Of a DNA stretch of 64,000 nt, positions 58,142 to 64,000 are shown piece by piece (the first letter of the stretch is position 1; every line of letters starts with the position of its first letter). The position numbers and the translations under genes are program-made. Source of the DNA: Candidatus Levyibacteriota bacterium (GTDB taxonomy: Bacteria > Patescibacteriota > Microgenomatia > Levybacterales > UBA12049); contig PLZJ01000002.1 of assembly GCA_003152105.1 (NCBI GenBank), forward strand, positions 6,188-70,187, written 5' to 3'. Below the pieces are notes generated by a model, which saw only the letters and a list, made by a program, of their open reading frames with translations, was not told where the DNA came from and made no database searches.

Positions 58142-58567
58142 ATGCAAAGCATCAGCAAAAAAGTTTATATAACTCCAAGTGTATTTTTTGCATTTATTGA
58201 TAGAGCGCATCCAAAATATCAAACAGCAGGTGCTTTTTTTCGTTATTTTGCTCTAGAACAATATGCTTTATATTCTGACGCAATTTCTATAAGCAATACC
58301 TATTCCGAGCTATATGACAAAATATCACCTTCACTTGCTAAAGATTTTCTAAGATCGATTTACATTGGATCATTTAATATTCTACATCCTGAAGAAAGTG
58401 ATATGAAAGCTGCACTCAAAACGCTGGTAAATTACCGTACAACTGATCTTACTTATCCAGAATCAGTAATTGCTGTTTTAGCAAATAGAAACCGTATTCC
58501 TCAAATATGCTCGTTTGAATATCTACATCCTCTATTTGGTTTATCTTTATTTTATTTACCAATATGA
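58142..58567 (+). CDS. PIN-domain (VapC-like) protein with degenerate active site
   Basis: VYITPSVFFAFID...HPKYQTA; LTYPESVIAVLA; ICSFE. VapC-like layout with the acidic residues substituted. Confidence 0.65.
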   Translation: MQSISKKVYITPSVFFAFIDRAHPKYQTAGAFFRYFALEQYALYSDAISISNTYSELYDKISPSLAKDFLRSIYIGSFNILHPEESDMKAALKTLVNYRTTDLTYPESVIAVLANRNRIPQICSFEYLHPLFGLSLFYLPI

Positions 58568-59649
58568 AATATATTTTTATATTTATATTCCTTCTAATGA
58601 TTCTGGCATCACCAGTGCTTGCAACGAGTTATACACCATCTAGCACCCACTATCAGATTCGAGAATATGGATTCGGTGCAGGAGGAACTGCAACTTCATC
58701 ATCGCAAAGATATAATCTATTTGGCACTGCAGGTGAAGTTGAATACGGATCTCAAAGCTCAACGCTTTATGTGCTTAATTCTGGCTTATCATACGTAAAT
58801 CAAGCAAATGTACCTCCTGCACCTACGGTTTCTAATCCTTCAAATTTCTACAATCAATTACAAGTTACGATAAACACAACAGGCAATAGTCCAACTGATA
58901 CTCAATATGCAATCGCAGTATCTACTGACAATTTTGCGACATCAAAATATGTACAGATAGATCATACTATAAATAATACTATCGCATGGCAAACTAATGC
59001 ATCATGGATTGGAGGCAACAGCTATGTAACATTAATTGGTCTTACTCCAAGTACGACTTATTATGTTAGAGTTGCAGCAAAACAAGGAAGCTTTTCGCAA
59101 ACTCAATTTGGACCAATAGCAAACGCAGCAACTACAAGTCCTTCGATTTCGTATTCTATGGGGGTTGGATCTTCTTACCCAGGTGTAAACCCACCTTATG
59201 CAGTAAGCATAGGCACAATTAATGCTGGGGGTATTACAACCGCTACAAATAATGTTTATGTAAATTTAAGTACAAACGCAAATGCAGGGGGTACAATATA
59301 TATCTACGATGCAAATGGCGGTTTACTGAGCCCTACTGCGGGAGGATATGTTCTACCGTCAATAAGCGCTGATCTTTCGTCAGGATCAGTTTCAGAAGGA
59401 TACGGAGCGATTTACAACACCACATCTCAAACCTCAGGAGGTCCAATGGAAGCTCTTTCACCATTTAACGGATCAGGAAGTGTTGTTGGAAACCTACAAA
59501 CTACGGTTCAAAGTATGTTTGACTCAACAAGCTCACCGGTTACTGGAGGACAAGTATCATTTACGCTTAAAGCAAAAGCAAAAAATACAACTCCAGCTGC
59601 AAATGATTATTCGGACACCTTAACAGTGCTAGTCGCTGGTTCATTTTAG
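58564..59649 (+). CDS. Secreted FN3 + WxL/CS1-Csu-pilin-like protein (cluster B)
   Basis: Signal peptide; SSTHYQI..YGFGAGG N-terminal repeat like that of 16105; GLTPSTTYYVRVAA (FN3); STNANAGG; ends TPAANDYSDTLTVLVAGSF. Confidence 0.7.
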   Translation: MKYIFIFIFLLMILASPVLATSYTPSSTHYQIREYGFGAGGTATSSSQRYNLFGTAGEVEYGSQSSTLYVLNSGLSYVNQANVPPAPTVSNPSNFYNQLQVTINTTGNSPTDTQYAIAVSTDNFATSKYVQIDHTINNTIAWQTNASWIGGNSYVTLIGLTPSTTYYVRVAAKQGSFSQTQFGPIANAATTSPSISYSMGVGSSYPGVNPPYAVSIGTINAGGITTATNNVYVNLSTNANAGGTIYIYDANGGLLSPTAGGYVLPSISADLSSGSVSEGYGAIYNTTSQTSGGPMEALSPFNGSGSVVGNLQTTVQSMFDSTSSPVTGGQVSFTLKAKAKNTTPAANDYSDTLTVLVAGSF

Positions 59650-59733
59650 TTTTATCTTAATTATGAATTATTATTTTGAATTCCATTACTTGACAAACAC
59701 AACCATAATCAACAATACTATTAATACTAGGTT

Positions 59734-60852
59734 TTGAATCCAATGAATTATCTGTCCAAATTATCATCTAATTTCCGAGTAAATAAAAATATGGGTCGCA
59801 AAAATATAGTTGCTGTAGCGATAATATTTGCGCAAATCATAGTCCTCGCACTCTACCAATATGCACTACCCACAAAAGCAAACGCAACAAACTTTGCATA
59901 CCTTCGACTAGATAGACTTTCAGCATCCACTTCACTTCCTTTAACAGGAACTGTTTGTCTTCAACCACAAACAACAGGAACCCAATCCCAAATTGTTGTA
60001 CAATTTCCAGCAAGCTTCACAGTAAGCGGTACACAAGGCAACTGGAGCGTAAATACAACTAACTTACCTTCAGGAACAACAGCGTGGCCTGGTATAACAG
60101 GTCCTTCCGCAGGAGCAAGTATTTCTGGAACTACTGTCACATTCGCAGGCTATGCACTTCTATCCACTTCAACTACTTATTGTTTTAAGTTTTCTGGAGG
60201 AACTGCTGTTCAATCAAATCTCGGATCAACTACCGGTACAGTAACAGGTAAAATACAAACATTTTCAGTCACACAACCATTTGCTACAAATCCCGGTGCA
60301 GCAATCGATAATTATAATTATGCGGAAAGCTTAGTTACAAATCCAAATGATGTAATTGCCGTAACTGCAACAGTATCTGCTTCATTTACATTTTCGATCT
60401 CTACTGCCTCAGCTCTATTTCCTTCAACAGGTATTGTAACATCAGGTCATGGCTCAGTTGCAGGACCAACTATTACTGTAACTGCTTCTGGAAATTCTCA
60501 TAATGGGTGGATTGCGTGGGTACAAAGTGCAAATGGAGCATTAAGTTCTCCATCAAGCGGAGGATCTATTACAAGTACTTACAATGCAGGATCTGCAACC
60601 GATTTATCTAGTGTTAATTCAGGATACACGATACTTGCTTCTCAACTGGCAAATAATCCTACGATTGATAATTTCTATGGTACTACTGATGGTAATGGTA
60701 TTGACACAAAATGGGAACAAATTGCACACGGTACAGCACCAACTGCTGGAGATCAATTTTTAATGACACTTAAAGCAAAAGCATCTGCATCTACTCCAGC
60801 TGCAAATGATTATAGTGATACAATATCTGTAACCGGAGCTGGCCAATTCTAA
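59734..60852 (+). CDS. Secreted WxL/CS1-Csu-pilin-like protein (cluster B; start likely ATG 59743 or 59791)
   Basis: Signal peptide; VIAVTATVSASFTFSIS; NSHNGW; ends TPAANDYSDTISVTGAGQF. Confidence 0.65.
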   Translation: MNPMNYLSKLSSNFRVNKNMGRKNIVAVAIIFAQIIVLALYQYALPTKANATNFAYLRLDRLSASTSLPLTGTVCLQPQTTGTQSQIVVQFPASFTVSGTQGNWSVNTTNLPSGTTAWPGITGPSAGASISGTTVTFAGYALLSTSTTYCFKFSGGTAVQSNLGSTTGTVTGKIQTFSVTQPFATNPGAAIDNYNYAESLVTNPNDVIAVTATVSASFTFSISTASALFPSTGIVTSGHGSVAGPTITVTASGNSHNGWIAWVQSANGALSSPSSGGSITSTYNAGSATDLSSVNSGYTILASQLANNPTIDNFYGTTDGNGIDTKWEQIAHGTAPTAGDQFLMTLKAKASASTPAANDYSDTISVTGAGQF

Positions 60853-60863
60853 CATGCTGTGTT

Positions 60864-61892
60864 ATGCGTAAAAAATTGTATTTATTTTTTTCTTCTTTTT
60901 TTCTTCTTTTCTTATTCACCACATTACCTACATTTGCCCAAAATGTACCCCTTAATATCACTCTTTCCCCCACTTATTTTGATCTAACAGCAAATCCAGG
61001 AGATACTATTTCTAATATAATACGCGTTCGAGCAAATGGTACGTCAGCTATTCCACTGCACATTGTTGTAAAAAAATTAGGTGCAGATCAAAATGGAAAT
61101 CTTACGATACAAGATATTACTGATGATTCAGCTAATTGGATTACATTTCCTAAAACACAGATTACGGCAATTGCACAAGATTGGACCGAGGTACCTTTTA
61201 CTATTAAAATTCCAAAAACTGCAGGATTTGGCTATTATTATGCCATATCTTTTGTAGCTGGTAGTAATCAAACAGCAAATGCGAAAGTTGCTGGAGCTGG
61301 TGCAGTGCCGGTGCTATTAACAGTTAATAGACCTGGTGCAGCAGTAAATGGACAATTAGTTCGCTTTTCGACAGATCATTACATCAATGAATATCTTCCA
61401 ATTAATTTTACATCGGTAATAAAAAGTACAGGTAATATAGAACTGAAACCTCACGGCGATATATTTATAAGAGGTATTGGAGAAAGTGAAATTGGCACCA
61501 TAGATGTTAATCTAAGCCAAGGCATAATTATTCCAGGAACAAACAGAACGTTTAACTCCTCTTGGGATGATGGATTTGTCGTTAGAGAGCCAGTCATTGA
61601 AGACGGCAGACCATTAACTGATGCAAGAGGAAATACAATAACTCATCTTGTATTTCATTGGGATAAATTGACAAGTATTCGAATTGGTAAATACACCGCG
61701 AATCTAATAATGGTTTATGATAATGGACAAAAAGACGTATTGATTGAAGGAACTACGACATTTTGGGTATTACCGTATAAAATAATTGGTGGGGCAATAA
61801 TTCTTATTGTAGCGCTTATACTACTTATACGCTTCCTATTAAAATGGTATGTGAAAAAAGAGATTAAAAAAACATCTAGAAGAAGACATTAG
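60864..61892 (+). CDS. DUF916/DUF3324-like (chaperone-like) protein with C-terminal membrane anchor (cluster B)
   Basis: TLSPTYFDLTANPGD, GYYYAI, STGNIELKPHG, GKYTA, TFWVLPYK followed by TM and a basic tail. Confidence 0.75.
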   Translation: MRKKLYLFFSSFFLLFLFTTLPTFAQNVPLNITLSPTYFDLTANPGDTISNIIRVRANGTSAIPLHIVVKKLGADQNGNLTIQDITDDSANWITFPKTQITAIAQDWTEVPFTIKIPKTAGFGYYYAISFVAGSNQTANAKVAGAGAVPVLLTVNRPGAAVNGQLVRFSTDHYINEYLPINFTSVIKSTGNIELKPHGDIFIRGIGESEIGTIDVNLSQGIIIPGTNRTFNSSWDDGFVVREPVIEDGRPLTDARGNTITHLVFHWDKLTSIRIGKYTANLIMVYDNGQKDVLIEGTTTFWVLPYKIIGGAIILIVALILLIRFLLKWYVKKEIKKTSRRRH

Positions 61893-61918
61893 ACTTACCC
61901 ACATTGTATAATGAATTC

Positions 61919-62866
61919 ATGTCAGTATCAAAAATAGTTCTTAAATCGATATACTGCTTAGTTTTTATAGCTTTAATCACATTTCACAATAAACCAGTTT
62001 TTGCAGCGCCTAAAGATACTATTACCGCTATCCCTTCAATTGAACAACTTGATCTTCAAAAAGATAAATCCCAGTATGATTTAACCTATGAAAATACTAC
62101 TTCCCAACCAATTGAGCTTTCCTTCTCTGCAAGAGACTTCTCAGATTTTGACGATGGATGGAAAGTTAGCTTTTTGAGTCAAACAGATGCGAGTAACTAT
62201 CATTACTCACTCTCTTCTTGGATACACTTTAGCACACAAGATTTAGTCGTAAATCCAAACGATTCCAAAAAAATTACAATTTATATTGATAATAATCGAA
62301 TTTCACCCGGAAGTCATTACGCAGCAATACTCGCTTCTCTAAATGATATTGATAGATCTAAGACTATTGGCGTACATGGGGTATTATCTTCTTTACTATT
62401 TGTTACAACAAGCACTGGGTTGGAAGTGGAAGACGCCAAAATAATTGCGTTTCAGCCAATTCGTTATTTCTTTGAGATTCCTGAAAAATATATTTTTAGA
62501 TTTCAAAATCAAGGAAATGTTGACAGTACTCCGTACGGATTAATAGATGTTTATAGCCCATTTGGGAAGCTATTATCAGAAACGGTTGTGAATGATGGAT
62601 CGTTAATTACGCTACCCGAATCAATTAGGCGATATGATTTATTAATTCCAAAACCTTCTGGATTCTTATTCCCAGGCACGTATAAAGCAACATTAACGCT
62701 TCATTATGGAAAGACAAATAAAAAACTTTATACTGAAATCTACTTCTTTTCGCAAGGAAGTATTGATATCTTTATCACTGCATCACTATTAATTATCTTG
62801 ATCATCGCTTTCTATTATTTAAGAAAAACGGGTAAACTTAAGGCATTATATGAAAAGATGAAATGA
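61919..62866 (+). CDS. DUF916/DUF3324-like (chaperone-like) protein with C-terminal membrane anchor (cluster B)
   Basis: TAIPSI, SLSSWI, PGSHYAA, FQNQGNVDSTPYG, GTYKA and TM. Start ATG 61919 lies 6 nt after TATAAT. Confidence 0.72.
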   Translation: MSVSKIVLKSIYCLVFIALITFHNKPVFAAPKDTITAIPSIEQLDLQKDKSQYDLTYENTTSQPIELSFSARDFSDFDDGWKVSFLSQTDASNYHYSLSSWIHFSTQDLVVNPNDSKKITIYIDNNRISPGSHYAAILASLNDIDRSKTIGVHGVLSSLLFVTTSTGLEVEDAKIIAFQPIRYFFEIPEKYIFRFQNQGNVDSTPYGLIDVYSPFGKLLSETVVNDGSLITLPESIRRYDLLIPKPSGFLFPGTYKATLTLHYGKTNKKLYTEIYFFSQGSIDIFITASLLIILIIAFYYLRKTGKLKALYEKMK

Positions 62867-63437
62867 CGTTCTGAAATATGTTGCTTATAAAGCTATTATC
62901 ACTACCTGAAGCGACAAGTGAAAATTCCCTACTATTAACTAAACAGAAAGCATCATATTCCACTTGATCTTGCAATTTAATATATTCCTTACAAGGGTTA
63001 CCATCTATTGTTACATCTTTTTCCTGATATTCATAATTGTGGCTATTTCTAAATAATATTTCTGGCAAGCTATCTATTGTCATAGATTGATCACGCTGAA
63101 TTGCTTGAACAATGAAATTTACCGTAGGCATACGCTCATCAAATTCTAAACTTTCAAGAATAATTTTACTTTGTTTTATATTCGCATCATTACCATGATA
63201 TATAATCGAAGATGAGGGATATAGAAAGGACATATTTTTACCTACATATTTAATAGATCCTTGTGAAGTATTTTTCGCATTTACCATCTGTGGATGATCT
63301 TGCATATTAGAAAGCAATTTAACCCTATCCTTTTGTGGCAATGAATCCGAGGAAGGAGCATTAAGAGATGATAATACTACATACCCTCCGATAAAAAGTA
63401 CTAATAATACTGCAAAAATCACAATTAAAACTTTCAT
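62838..63437 (-). CDS. Membrane-anchored secreted protein, PsbP-like
   Basis: N-terminal TM, SFLYP, DVTIDGNP; ends FQNVISSFHI. Confidence 0.55.
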   Translation of the reverse strand: MKVLIVIFAVLLVLFIGGYVVLSSLNAPSSDSLPQKDRVKLLSNMQDHPQMVNAKNTSQGSIKYVGKNMSFLYPSSSIIYHGNDANIKQSKIILESLEFDERMPTVNFIVQAIQRDQSMTIDSLPEILFRNSHNYEYQEKDVTIDGNPCKEYIKLQDQVEYDAFCLVNSREFSLVASGSDNSFISNIFQNVISSFHIMP

Positions 63438-63484
63438 AATTAATACTATTGCTCTGTTTATTTACTATCAAGTATGCTATATGT

Positions 63485-64000
63485 ATGTCAATAAAATCTA
63501 TTCGCCTACTATTTGTTTCATATCTTATCTTTATTTCTGTTTCTAATCTAATTATAACAAAACAAAGCTTTGCAGATAGTAATTTTTCGGTTAACGGAAC
63601 TATAACACCTACAGCGTCAAATTTTCCTATTTCGATAACTGCAAGTCCGGTCCAATCTGTCTTTAATCAAAATTCTGTTATTACATTTACCATTACTTAT
63701 GGTGCAACTATGGGTGGGTCTATTCAAAATATGACAATTGAGGCGGATTGGAGTAAGGATACGCCAAACCAATCAAGCGTAGATATATTCGATTATGTCC
63801 CCTCAAGTGCAAGTAATGCTTACAATAATACTGCACCAGTTATAGATACCGTAGACAGGAAGATAGACTGGACCATATCTAGTTTTCCAGGTCCAAAAAC
63901 TAATCAAACAGTAACATTTAAGCTTAAGACAAACGGTAACTACACGGGCCAAGATGCAGTTACATTACTAGTTGCTGCTCGCACGATTACATCTTATCTT
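63485..64000 (+). CDS. Secreted DUF11-like protein (3' end outside the window)
   Basis: Open frame MSIKSIRLLFVSYLIFISVSNLIITKQSFADSNFSVNGTITP...ITFTITYG...FDYVPSSA...IDWTI...VTFKLK; ATG 6 nt after TATGCT. Confidence 0.75.
   Translation, partial: MSIKSIRLLFVSYLIFISVSNLIITKQSFADSNFSVNGTITPTASNFPISITASPVQSVFNQNSVITFTITYGATMGGSIQNMTIEADWSKDTPNQSSVDIFDYVPSSASNAYNNTAPVIDTVDRKIDWTISSFPGPKTNQTVTFKLKTNGNYTGQDAVTLLVAARTITSYL

Overview
AT-rich (roughly one-third GC by eye), gene-dense bacterial chromosome segment. Gene content and the near absence of Shine-Dalgarno sites suggest a Patescibacteria/CPR genome of Microgenomates type (inference). The first 16 kb is mostly housekeeping: atpD/atpC, mreB, sortase, tRNA-Arg, DsbA, ndk, M16 peptidase, argS, a two-component pair and leuS. 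Most of the rest is a cell-surface locus with a mirror-like layout. Two giant fibre-like proteins (3784 aa on +, 2238 aa on -) share a scaffold and a phage-type autocleavage/chaperone-like domain but carry different lectin or propeller payloads. Each is flanked by a cluster of WxL/CS1-Csu-pilin-like secreted proteins plus membrane-anchored DUF916/chaperone-like proteins, with no usher gene in the window. The best candidate for a new system is the 3784-aa protein. Its N-terminus, ahead of the transmembrane helix, is two tandem tyrosine-recombinase core-binding (SAM-like) domains with no catalytic domain, and a 3x CGTATAATC repeat resembling Xer/Cre half-site cores lies upstream. Other items of note: a 10-bp-phased TTG array over the promoter of a BldC/Xis-like HTH plus degenerate PIN pair; TPxTG sortase substrates with attenuator-like leaders; a recurring GGCAG(G) RNA/DNA motif with a candidate antisense sRNA; a high-GC secreted-protein gene inside heavily structured flanks; two unannotated small ORFs; and pervasive leaderless promoters. 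All family assignments come from motif recognition by eye, without database searches.
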